DNA from: an uncultured Actinomycetota bacterium
GTDB lineage: Bacteria > Actinomycetota > Actinomycetes > Actinomycetales > Dermatophilaceae
Direction: 5' to 3'
Assembly (NCBI GenBank): GCA_963806295.1
Contig: CAWDXP010000026.1
Coordinates: 127,924-191,923 of the forward strand
DNA: 64,000 nucleotides
Both the position numbers and the translations under genes were made by a program. Every line of letters starts with the position of its first letter. The first letter of the stretch is position 1. The notes under the pieces are model-generated. The model saw only the letters and a program-made list of their open reading frames with translations. It was not told the origin of the DNA and made no database searches. Below, in pieces: positions 56,249-64,000 of this stretch.

Positions 56249-57016
56249 GTGAGCACCCTCCCGACCACCCCGGCCGCAGTGCTGCGCCGCCTCGTGGCGA
56301 CCGACCCCGGCCGGCCCCGCATCACCGTCTACGACGACACCGACTCCCCCACCCGCGGCGAGCGGATCGAGCTCTCCGCCCGGGTGCTCGCCAACTGGGT
56401 CGCCAAGGCGGCCAACCTGCTGCGCGACGACCTCGACGTGGGCCCCGGCGCGGTGGTGCGGCTCGACCTGCCGCCGCACTGGCGCACCCTGTACTGGGCG
56501 TTCGCGGCGTGGTCGGTGGGGGCATGCGTCGAGGTGCCACCCCACCGCACGACCGCGGATGCCGGTCACGCCCCCGCGCCGTCGGCCGCCACCGCCGTCG
56601 TGCCCGACGTGGTCGTGACGGATGCCGTGGACGTCGCCGCCGCCGTGCCCGAGGCGGTGCTGGTCACCCTCGCCGCACTGGCTCGCTCGGCGGGCGTCCC
56701 GGTGCCGCCCGGTGTGGTCGACGAGGCGCGCGAGCTGGCGACGCACGGCGACGTCTTCGACGGCTGGGCCGACCCGGACGGCAGCGACCCCGCCCTGCGC
56801 GCCGGCGGAGCGCTGCTCGGCTACGCGGACCTCCCGACGGCAGCGACGGGCGGCCCGCAGCGGGTGCACACCGGCACGACCGACACCGCCGAGCTGCTCC
56901 GCCTCGCCCTCACGGTGTGGGCGGCCGACGGCTCGCTGGTGCTCACCCGGGGCGAGCCCGATCCGGCGGTGCTGGCGGCGCGCCTGGTGGCCGAGGGAGC
57001 CACCGACCCGCGCTGA
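56249..57016 (+). CDS. TIGR03089 family protein
   Basis: 'DPGRPRITVYD..GERIELSARVLANWVAKAANLL..LPPHW'. Confidence 0.88.
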   Translation: MSTLPTTPAAVLRRLVATDPGRPRITVYDDTDSPTRGERIELSARVLANWVAKAANLLRDDLDVGPGAVVRLDLPPHWRTLYWAFAAWSVGACVEVPPHRTTADAGHAPAPSAATAVVPDVVVTDAVDVAAAVPEAVLVTLAALARSAGVPVPPGVVDEARELATHGDVFDGWADPDGSDPALRAGGALLGYADLPTAATGGPQRVHTGTTDTAELLRLALTVWAADGSLVLTRGEPDPAVLAARLVAEGATDPR

Positions 57017-57021
57017 CGGCC

Positions 57022-58359
57022 CTACGCCATCAACGCCTTCCAGACCTTGGCGTCGGTCACACCGGTGACGGCCAGGCCCTTGGACTTCTGGTAGGCCTTG
57101 ACCCTGGCCTCGGTGAGCCGGCCGTAGGAGCCGTCGAGCACGAGCCCGCCGAGCGCCTTCTGCAACGCCTTGACAGCCTCACCCCTTGACCAGAGCCGCA
57201 GGGTCAGTCCGGCGTACTTCGCCAGGGGGCTGGTGGCCGCGGTCGGGGTGGTCGGCGCCGCGGTGACGACCGCGCCCATCAGGGCGAACCAGACCGTGCG
57301 GTCGACGACGCCGGTTGCGGCCAGGCCCTTCAGTTTCTGGTAGGCCTTGACCCGCGCCTCGGTGGCCGGGCCGAAGGAGCCGTCGACGACGAGTCCGCCG
57401 ATCGCCTTCTGCAGGGCCTTGACCGCTGCGCCCGCCGAGCCGCGGCGGAGCACCACGTTGGTGTAGGCCGAGAGCGCGCTGCTCCGGGCCGGGACCAGCT
57501 TGAGGTAGACCATGGTCGCCCACGTCGGGTTGTCCAGCTTCTTGGTGGCCGGGACGCCGTGCTTGGACTGCCAGGTGCCGAGCGCGGCGGCCGTGATCGG
57601 CCCGAACCTGCCGTCGGCCGTGACGCCGATGACCTTCTGGGCCAGGGTGACGTCGGCGCCCGAGGCGCCCTGGACGAGCAGCGGGTAGCCACTGGCCGTC
57701 GGGGGCGCCGGCGCGGGCGCCGGCGGCGGCGGGGTGCTGGTCGGACCGGTGAGGGGTTTGGTCACCGCGACGCCGCTCCACCAGGAGGTGCGCTTGTAGG
57801 CGCCGTCCCAGTTGAACGAGAAGTGGATGTGGTCGGTGTGCGGGGAGACACCCGTGTAGGCGGTCCAGCCGCGCTCCGGCGCCCAGGCCTTCCACTGCTG
57901 GCGGTTGAAGATGATGTAGTTGATGCCGAAGCGACGCGCCATCGCGCCGGGGCGGCCCTGGGCGTCCGGCGCCGAGAGCCACCGGGTCAGCGCGTTGGCC
58001 AGGGCCATGTTGGCGGGCTTGGTCGAGTCGATCATCCAGTCCAGGGCACGACCCTCACCGTGCTCGGCGGCGCACGTGCGCAGGATGCCGTAGGTGTGGG
58101 TGCCGTACGTCGTGTTGAGCAGCTTGGCGAACGCGACCGCGCCGGGCTGGTTGACCGTGAGGCAGAGGGTGCCCTTCTGGTAGAACGCGGCGACGTCCAG
58201 CGCCGCCGGCAGGGGCCTCGAGGGCTTCGGGAAGGGGATGGCGGCAGCCTGGGCCGGCGACGAGAACAGCGGGAAGGCGATCACGGAGGCCGAGACCGCA
58301 CCGAGCGTGCGAAGGGGCAGGTGGCGCTCATGGCGAGGCGCGAGCAGGGGCGTGGACAC
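57022..58359 (-). CDS. Secreted Zn-peptidase-like cell-wall hydrolase with three peptidoglycan-binding domains
   Basis: Signal 'PAQA', 'EHGEGRALDW..PHTDHIHFS', Pro-rich linker, repeats 'GS.G.AVKALQ..DGSFGP.TEARVKAYQK'. Confidence 0.85.
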   Translation of the reverse strand: MSTPLLAPRHERHLPLRTLGAVSASVIAFPLFSSPAQAAAIPFPKPSRPLPAALDVAAFYQKGTLCLTVNQPGAVAFAKLLNTTYGTHTYGILRTCAAEHGEGRALDWMIDSTKPANMALANALTRWLSAPDAQGRPGAMARRFGINYIIFNRQQWKAWAPERGWTAYTGVSPHTDHIHFSFNWDGAYKRTSWWSGVAVTKPLTGPTSTPPPPAPAPAPPTASGYPLLVQGASGADVTLAQKVIGVTADGRFGPITAAALGTWQSKHGVPATKKLDNPTWATMVYLKLVPARSSALSAYTNVVLRRGSAGAAVKALQKAIGGLVVDGSFGPATEARVKAYQKLKGLAATGVVDRTVWFALMGAVVTAAPTTPTAATSPLAKYAGLTLRLWSRGEAVKALQKALGGLVLDGSYGRLTEARVKAYQKSKGLAVTGVTDAKVWKALMA

Positions 58360-58540
58360 GGCGAAGAGCTCCTCGGGCAGGGGGCGTCCTCGCAGGGGGA
58401 TGAGGACGCACCAGATGCCTCACGTCACGGACGTCACAGGGACAACATCCGCCACACCAGACACCTTGGCCCCCCAGTTGTCCCACTAGTCCCGCGGGGC
58501 TCGCAATCGGTTGCGTTGAATTACACCGCTGTATTTCTCA
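58360..58540 (-). promoter_or_regulatory. Conserved promoter/leader, copy 1
   Basis: Shares sequence blocks and a covarying hairpin with 60173-60350. Confidence 0.6.
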
Positions 58541-58632
58541 GCGACCTTGTCCCGCCCGCATGATCTTCGGCGCATGGTGAGCATTCCCACAGACCCTGCG
58601 TCACCGCCGAACCGCCTCCCCGGGCGGCGTGC

Positions 58633-58723
58633 GGGCTCGTGCTGCGCGAGCCGGCACCCGACCGTCACCGAGGAGCAGGTGCGCGAGGCGACCGGTGCCC
58701 CCTTCACCGTCGACCGGGCGTGA
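58633..58723 (+). pseudogene. Remnant of the 3' end of scoB
   Basis: GTGCTGCGCGAG..GAGCAGGTGCGCGAGGC.ACCGG.GCCCCCTTCACCGTCGAC..TGA closely matches 61817-61906. Confidence 0.88.
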
Positions 58724-58747
58724 CCCCCCACCCTGGCGAGGTGCGGC

Positions 58748-60172
58748 TCAGGGCAGGATCGTCGAGAACATGTTCCACCCGGTGCCGACCTGCTTGGCCG
58801 CGCCCACGCCACCGCGTCCGTCGCCCGGCAGCAGCCAGAAACGACCGTCTGCGGAGCGGGCGAGCACGTCCGACCTGCCGTCACCGCCGAAGTCACCGGG
58901 CGAGGTCAACGCCGTGTACTGCTCCCACCCCGCGGCCACCGTCGTGCGCGGCAGTCGCCAGCCACCCACGCCGTTGCCCCGGTAGAGGTACACCGCGCCG
59001 TCGGGAGTACGACCGATCAGGTCGGGATGGCCGTCGCCGTCGAAGTCACCGGGGCTGAACACCGCGTCGAACACGTTCCAGCCGGACCCGATCTGCCGCC
59101 CGGTACCGGGCACGAACCCACCCAGCCCGGTGCCGGAGTACAGGAACAGCGCACCGTCCGCCCGCCGGGCGATGACGTCGGTGAACTTGTCACCGTCGAA
59201 GTCACCGACGGGGATCACCAGGTTGTGGACCGTCCAGCCCGTGCCGATCCGCACCGGAGCGGCGAAGGTGCCGTTGCCCTTGCCGTGGCGCAGGAAGAGC
59301 CCGCCGGCCGTGTCCTGCACCATCACGTCCGAGATCGCGTCGTCATCCCACGTCCCGGCCGTGAGCACCTTCGCGTAGGAGTCCCAGCCAGACCCGGAAA
59401 CGACCGCCGTCTTCCATCCCCCGGCACCGGTGGTCGGGTAGACCCGCAGCGCGCCGCCGGAGGCGTCGACCGCCACGACGTCGGCGTGACCGTCGCTCGT
59501 GACGTCGCGGGGATACGACGGCGCCGAGGACGATCTCCTTGGCCCGGTGAGGGGTGTGGTCACCGCGACGCCGCTCCACCACGAGGTGCGCTTGTAGGCG
59601 CCGTCCCAGTTGAACGTGAAGTGGATGTGGTCGGTGTGCGGACTGCTGCCGGTGTAAGCGAACCAGCCGCGCTCGGGCGCCCAGGAACCCCACTCCTGGC
59701 GGTTGAAGATGATGTAGTTGATGCCGAAGCGGCGGGCCATCGCTCCCGGACGCCCCTGCGCGTCAGGGGCCACCAGCCACCGGGTCAGGGCGTTGGCGAG
59801 GGCCAGGTTGGCGGGCTTGGTCGAGTCGATCATCCAGTCGAGCGCGCGACCCTCACTGTGCTCGGACTGGCCGCACTGGCGCAGGATGCCGTAGGCGTGC
59901 GTCCCGTATGTCGTGTTGAGCAGCTTGGCGAACGCCACCGCACCCGGCTGGTTCACGGTGAGGCAGAGGGTGCCCTTCTGGTACGGCGCGACCACGTCGA
60001 GGGCGGCCGGCAGGGTGCGCGAGGGCTTCGGGTAGGGGATCGCAGCGGCCTGGGCCGGTGAGGTGAGGAGCGCGAAGGCGATCATGGCAGCCGACACGGC
60101 GGCGATCGTGCGCGCCGGGATCCGGCGGGCAGGGCGGAGGGCAGGGCGAAACTCGGGCTGAGGTGTGGACAC
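58748..60172 (-). CDS. Secreted Zn-peptidase-like hydrolase with FG-GAP/VCBS repeats
   Basis: N-terminal domain near-identical to that of 57022..58359 ('SEHSEGRALDW..PHTDHIHF'). C-terminal 'GDFDGDGHPDLIGR..G.GW' repeats. Confidence 0.85.
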   Translation of the reverse strand: MSTPQPEFRPALRPARRIPARTIAAVSAAMIAFALLTSPAQAAAIPYPKPSRTLPAALDVVAPYQKGTLCLTVNQPGAVAFAKLLNTTYGTHAYGILRQCGQSEHSEGRALDWMIDSTKPANLALANALTRWLVAPDAQGRPGAMARRFGINYIIFNRQEWGSWAPERGWFAYTGSSPHTDHIHFTFNWDGAYKRTSWWSGVAVTTPLTGPRRSSSAPSYPRDVTSDGHADVVAVDASGGALRVYPTTGAGGWKTAVVSGSGWDSYAKVLTAGTWDDDAISDVMVQDTAGGLFLRHGKGNGTFAAPVRIGTGWTVHNLVIPVGDFDGDKFTDVIARRADGALFLYSGTGLGGFVPGTGRQIGSGWNVFDAVFSPGDFDGDGHPDLIGRTPDGAVYLYRGNGVGGWRLPRTTVAAGWEQYTALTSPGDFGGDGRSDVLARSADGRFWLLPGDGRGGVGAAKQVGTGWNMFSTILP

Positions 60173-60350
60173 GGCGGGGTGCTCCTCGCGCAGGGGGCGC
60201 CTCCGCAGGGGAGAAGGCGCACCGGGCCCCTCGTGCCCCGGAGGTCACGACCGGCACATCCGCAACGCGAGGTGACCTGGTCCCCCAGTTGTCTCATCGT
60301 TGACGTGGGGCCGCAGTCGAATCCCTCCAACTACACGGATGTGCTTCTCA
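60173..60350 (-). promoter_or_regulatory. Conserved promoter/leader, copy 2
   Basis: Aligns in blocks to 58360-58540. Confidence 0.6.
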
Positions 60351-60470
60351 GGGATTTCATCCCGTGCGCACGTCTATCCCACCGGGAGTGAGCACGGCCA
60401 CACCACCGGCCGTCGTCGGTGGTGCCTCCCCATGCTCGAGGCGGCCGGCTCGCTCACTAGAGTGCCCGGC

Positions 60471-61265
60471 ATGGACAAAGTCGTCTCCACCCCTGCCGAC
60501 GCCGTCGCCGGAATCGCCGACGGGGCCACCCTCGCCGTCGGCGGGTTCGGGCTGTGCGGCATCCCCTCCGTGCTCATCGCCGAGCTGCACCACACCGGCG
60601 TGCGCGACCTCGAGGTCGTCTCCAACAACTGCGGCGTCGACGGCTGGGGCCTGGGCGTGCTCCTCGCCTCCGGCCAGATCCGCCGGGTCGTCGCCTCCTA
60701 CGTCGGGGAGAACAAGGAGTTCGCCCGGCAGTACCTCGATGGCGAGCTCGAGGTCGAGCTGACACCCCAGGGCACGCTGGCCGAGCGGCTGCGCGCCGGC
60801 GGGTCCGGCATCCCGGCGTTCTTCACGCCCACCGGGGTCGGCAGCCAGGTCGCCGACGGCGGCCTGCCCTGGCGCTACGCCGCCGACGGCAGCGTCGCGC
60901 TGGCCTCCCCCCCGAAGGAGGTGCGCGTCTTCGCGCACGACGGCGAGGAGCGCGAGTACGTGCTCGAGCACGCGATCGTCGCCGACTTCGGGCTGGTGCG
61001 CGCCTGGAAGGGCGACCGCCACGGCAACCTGGTGTTCAACAAGAGCAGCCGCAACTTCAACCCGCTCGCCGCGATGGCCGGCCGGGTCACCATCGCCGAG
61101 GTCGAGGAGCTCGTCGAGCCCGGCGAGCTCGACCCCGACACCGTGCACCTGCCCGGCATCTACGTGCAGCGCGTGCTGCCCCTCACCCCCGAGCAGGCCG
61201 CCGACAAGCGCATCGAGCGCCGCACGGTCACCCCCGCCGCCGACGCCACGCGCAAGGAGTCCTGA
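60471..61265 (+). CDS. scoA: Succinyl-CoA:3-oxoacid CoA-transferase subunit A
   Basis: '[10 protein letters not shown]', 'VSNNCG', 'SYVGENKEF', '[13 protein letters not shown]'. Confidence 0.95.
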   Translation: MDKVVSTPADAVAGIADGATLAVGGFGLCGIPSVLIAELHHTGVRDLEVVSNNCGVDGWGLGVLLASGQIRRVVASYVGENKEFARQYLDGELEVELTPQGTLAERLRAGGSGIPAFFTPTGVGSQVADGGLPWRYAADGSVALASPPKEVRVFAHDGEEREYVLEHAIVADFGLVRAWKGDRHGNLVFNKSSRNFNPLAAMAGRVTIAEVEELVEPGELDPDTVHLPGIYVQRVLPLTPEQAADKRIERRTVTPAADATRKES

Positions 61266-61267
61266 CC

Positions 61268-61906
61268 ATGCCCCTCACCCGTGAGCAGATGGCCGCCCGC
61301 GCCGCCGCCGAGCTCGAGGACGGCGCCTACGTCAACCTCGGCATCGGCCTGCCGACCCTCGTGCCCAACTACGTGCCCGACGACGTCGAGATCGTGCTGC
61401 AGAGCGAGAACGGCATCCTCGGCGTCGGCGCCTACCCGGCCGACGACGCGGTCGACCCCGACCTGATCAACGCCGGCAAGGAGACCGTCACGGTGCGCCG
61501 CGGCGCCTCCTACTTCGACTCGGCGACGTCGTTCGGCATGATCCGCGGCGGCAAGGTCGACGCCGCCATCCTCGGCGCCATGCAGGTCTCGGCCGGTGGG
61601 GACATCGCCAACTGGATGATCCCCGGCAAGATGGTCAAGGGGATGGGCGGCGCCATGGACCTCGTGCACGGCGCCAAGAAGGTCGTCGTGCTCATGGAGC
61701 ACGTGGCCAAGGACGGCTCGCACAAGATCGTGCAGGAGTGCTCGCTGCCGCTCACCGGCAAGCACGTCGTGCAGCGGATCATCACCGACCTCGCGGTCAT
61801 CGACGTCACCGACGACGGCCTGGTGCTGCGCGAGCTGGCGCCCGACGTCACCGTGGAGCAGGTGCGCGAGGCCACCGGCGCCCCCTTCACCGTCGACCTG
61901 TCCTGA
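61268..61906 (+). CDS. scoB: Succinyl-CoA:3-oxoacid CoA-transferase subunit B
   Basis: '[10 protein letters not shown]', 'QSENG', 'INAGKETVT', '[10 protein letters not shown]'. Confidence 0.95.
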   Translation: MPLTREQMAARAAAELEDGAYVNLGIGLPTLVPNYVPDDVEIVLQSENGILGVGAYPADDAVDPDLINAGKETVTVRRGASYFDSATSFGMIRGGKVDAAILGAMQVSAGGDIANWMIPGKMVKGMGGAMDLVHGAKKVVVLMEHVAKDGSHKIVQECSLPLTGKHVVQRIITDLAVIDVTDDGLVLRELAPDVTVEQVREATGAPFTVDLS

Positions 61907-61941
61907 CGCCCTCCACTCCCCGGCCCTCAACAGTGCGACGA

Positions 61942-61984
61942 ACGACGGGCGCGGATGCCGTGACCAGGCATCCGCGCTCGTCGT
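61942..61984. terminator. Bidirectional hairpin between scoB and the SpoIID-like gene
   Basis: ACGACGGGCGCGGATGCC-GTGACCA-GGCATCCGCGCTCGTCGT. Confidence 0.7.
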
Positions 61985-62000
61985 CTCGTGCACCAGGCAG

Positions 62001-64000
62001 TCAGAGCGCCCAGGTCGTCCAGGTCGCCCAGGTGGCCGTGCCCGCCACCGTGCTGCCCACGGCCAACGAGCCCAGGTCGTCGCCCTCGAGCACCAGCAGC
62101 GCACCGTCGGAGGCGCGGCGGGCCACGACGTCGTCGCGACCGTCGCCGCTGACGTCGCCCGGTCCGATGAACTTGGTGTAGCCGGCCCAGGCCCCGGTCA
62201 CCGTGATCGGGGCCCCGACCGTGCCGGTGCCGGTGCCCGGGAAGAGCAGCATCGCGTCGTCGCTCGCGCGGACCGCGAGGACGTCGAGCTTGTTGTCGCC
62301 GGTGAGGTCGCCGGGTGAGAGCACGAGGCGGTAGTTGTTCCAGCCCGAGCTGAGGTAGATCGTGTTGAGCACGCCGCCCTTGCCGTCGCCGCGGTAGACC
62401 TTGAGCTGCCCCGAGGTGGTGCGGGCGAGGAAGTCGGTGTGCCCGTCGCGGTCCATGTCGCCGGCGCCGGCGACCAGGTTGATGGTGTCCCAGCCGCTGC
62501 TGATGGGCACCCGTGCGTAGAACCCGGCGGCGCCGTTGCCCGGGTGGTAGTAGAGCGTGCCCGCCTCGCGCTCGATGACGTCGTGGCGGTTGTCGCTGTC
62601 CCACGCCCCGACGTCCGCGATGAGGCCGCGGCTGCCCCAGCCGCTGCCCATCGACTTCGCGGTGAAGCCGCCCGTGCCGTTGCCGGAGAGCAGCCGCATC
62701 GCTCCGGCGGTGTCGACCGCGAGCAGGTCGCCGCGCTGGTTGCCGTCGAGGTCCTTGGGGTAGGACGCCGCCGAGGTGGCCGGCGCCGAGGTGACGGTCC
62801 ACCAGGTGGTGCGCAGGCCCAGCGCCGACCGGAAGGCGCTGCCGGTGACGGTCTTGGAACCGGCCGACCCGATGACGGTCACGCTCGAGATGCGCCCACC
62901 CCAGGCGTTGTAGCCGTCACGCTTGTCGATGCGCAGCGCCTTGAGCGTGCCGGTGGTCGGGTAGGCAGCCTCGATCTTGCTGATCGACAGCGTGGTGCTC
63001 CACTGGCTGGTGCTGCCGGCCGGCAGGTTGTCGTAGGGGTCGGCCTTGCTCACCTGGTAGGGGAGCGAGGACGCCACCGTCTGACCGCCGTTCGAGGAGC
63101 CGAACTGGGTGAGGGCCGGGGCCCCGCCGTAGAAGACGCCGAGCCCACTGGTGGCGGCCACCGCAGCGGTCGTGGCGCTGTTCTCGTGGGGCACCAGGGT
63201 GCCGCTGGCGGTGTAGCCGGCCAGGCCCCGGTAGACCTGGCAGGACGTGGAGTCGCACACGTCGAAGGGCGAACCGAGCGGCTGGTGGGCCGCCTGGTAG
63301 GCCGCGAAGGTGCGCGCGGAGACCGCCTGCACCTGGAGTGCGGTGGCCGGCCAGGACGGCGACATCTCGGAGGGCACGACGCTCTGCAGGTAGTAGTTCA
63401 TCGACAGCACGCTGAGGGTCATCACCCCGGAGCCGGACCGGAGGCTGCGGATGGTGCGCCGGTAGTCGCGCTGGGTGCCGTCGGGCAGGACGACCCGCAC
63501 CTTGCCCAGCACCGCGTCGGTGAACGACAGCGGCGTGGTGACGGCCTTCCAGCTGCTCGTGCTCCGCCAGACGCCGGCCTGCAGCCACTGCAGGGTGATG
63601 CCGGCGCCGTCGGCCACGACGCGCCACCGGGTGCGCAGGGTCCCGTTGGAGTTCTTGGTGTTGAGCGCGCCGGTCCGGGTGCCGTCGGAGACGACCAGGT
63701 TGGGCGTCGTGGCGAGCTGGGTGCTCGTCGAGCCGAGCGCCGTCAGCTGCACCCGCACGGTCGGGTTGCCGATGGCCGTGCTGCGGGTGGTGTTGGGGTA
63801 GTAGAACGCCAGGATCCCGTCGCGGGTGAGTCCGCTCATCGCGGCCCCGTAGGCGCCGTACTGGCTCATCCCCAGCCCGTGGCCGTAGCCGCGACCGGAG
63901 ATGCTGAACGAGGTGCCCGCGGGGCGGTTGTACGTCTCGACCACCGCGACCGCCGCGGGGGCGGTCGGCGGAGTGACCCCGGCCTTGTAGACCTGCGTGG
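62001..64000 (-). CDS. SpoIID/LytB-domain lytic transglycosylase with FG-GAP repeats (start outside the window)
   Basis: 'GRGYGHGLGMSQYGA', 'YLQSVVPSEM..ALQVQAVSART', 'CQVY', 'FRSALGLRT', then GD..GD..D repeats. The frame is open to the window edge. Confidence 0.93.
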   Translation of the reverse strand, partial: TQVYKAGVTPPTAPAAVAVVETYNRPAGTSFSISGRGYGHGLGMSQYGAYGAAMSGLTRDGILAFYYPNTTRSTAIGNPTVRVQLTALGSTSTQLATTPNLVVSDGTRTGALNTKNSNGTLRTRWRVVADGAGITLQWLQAGVWRSTSSWKAVTTPLSFTDAVLGKVRVVLPDGTQRDYRRTIRSLRSGSGVMTLSVLSMNYYLQSVVPSEMSPSWPATALQVQAVSARTFAAYQAAHQPLGSPFDVCDSTSCQVYRGLAGYTASGTLVPHENSATTAAVAATSGLGVFYGGAPALTQFGSSNGGQTVASSLPYQVSKADPYDNLPAGSTSQWSTTLSISKIEAAYPTTGTLKALRIDKRDGYNAWGGRISSVTVIGSAGSKTVTGSAFRSALGLRTTWWTVTSAPATSAASYPKDLDGNQRGDLLAVDTAGAMRLLSGNGTGGFTAKSMGSGWGSRGLIADVGAWDSDNRHDVIEREAGTLYYHPGNGAAGFYARVPISSGWDTINLVAGAGDMDRDGHTDFLARTTSGQLKVYRGDGKGGVLNTIYLSSGWNNYRLVLSPGDLTGDNKLDVLAVRASDDAMLLFPGTGTGTVGAPITVTGAWAGYTKFIGPGDVSGDGRDDVVARRASDGALLVLEGDDLGSLAVGSTVAGTATWATWTTWAL

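Noticed and set aside
58360-58560. c-di-AMP (ydaO) riboswitch
   Set aside because: The context fits, but the GCCGAAUC/GGAACC/GGGGUGAAU-type consensus blocks were not found.

Overview
High-GC actinobacterial DNA; the gene order suggests Micrococcales/Intrasporangiaceae. The backbone is the conserved whiB-cofDE / GT2-DUF5719 / DUF3499 / manB-trm112-SIS / ahcY / mtrA-mtrB-lpqB / comF-hpf block. Four accessory modules are inserted into it. (i) A two-component pair with an apparently degenerate kinase ATPase domain, a Tad/Flp pilus operon with two pilins (one missed by the ORF track) and three GT-C-like membrane proteins. (ii) An uncharacterised Cys/His-rich protein coupled to a PKD-repeat 3-TM protein, followed by a YbaK gene. 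(iii) An AfsR-like SARP/NB-ARC/TPR regulator. (iv) A remote tadE-tadE-tadG cluster. A GGCCGAACGG motif recurs upstream of both Tad clusters. The right arm holds a glycosylation cluster, topoisomerase IB and three cell-wall hydrolase genes around scoAB, with traces of a duplication that appears to have made a chimeric hydrolase and a conserved structured leader. Two palindromic tandem-repeat arrays lie between convergent genes. More than 20 single-base frameshifts, including in lpqB and manB, look like sequencing indels. All calls were made by eye without database searches, and start codons are best estimates.
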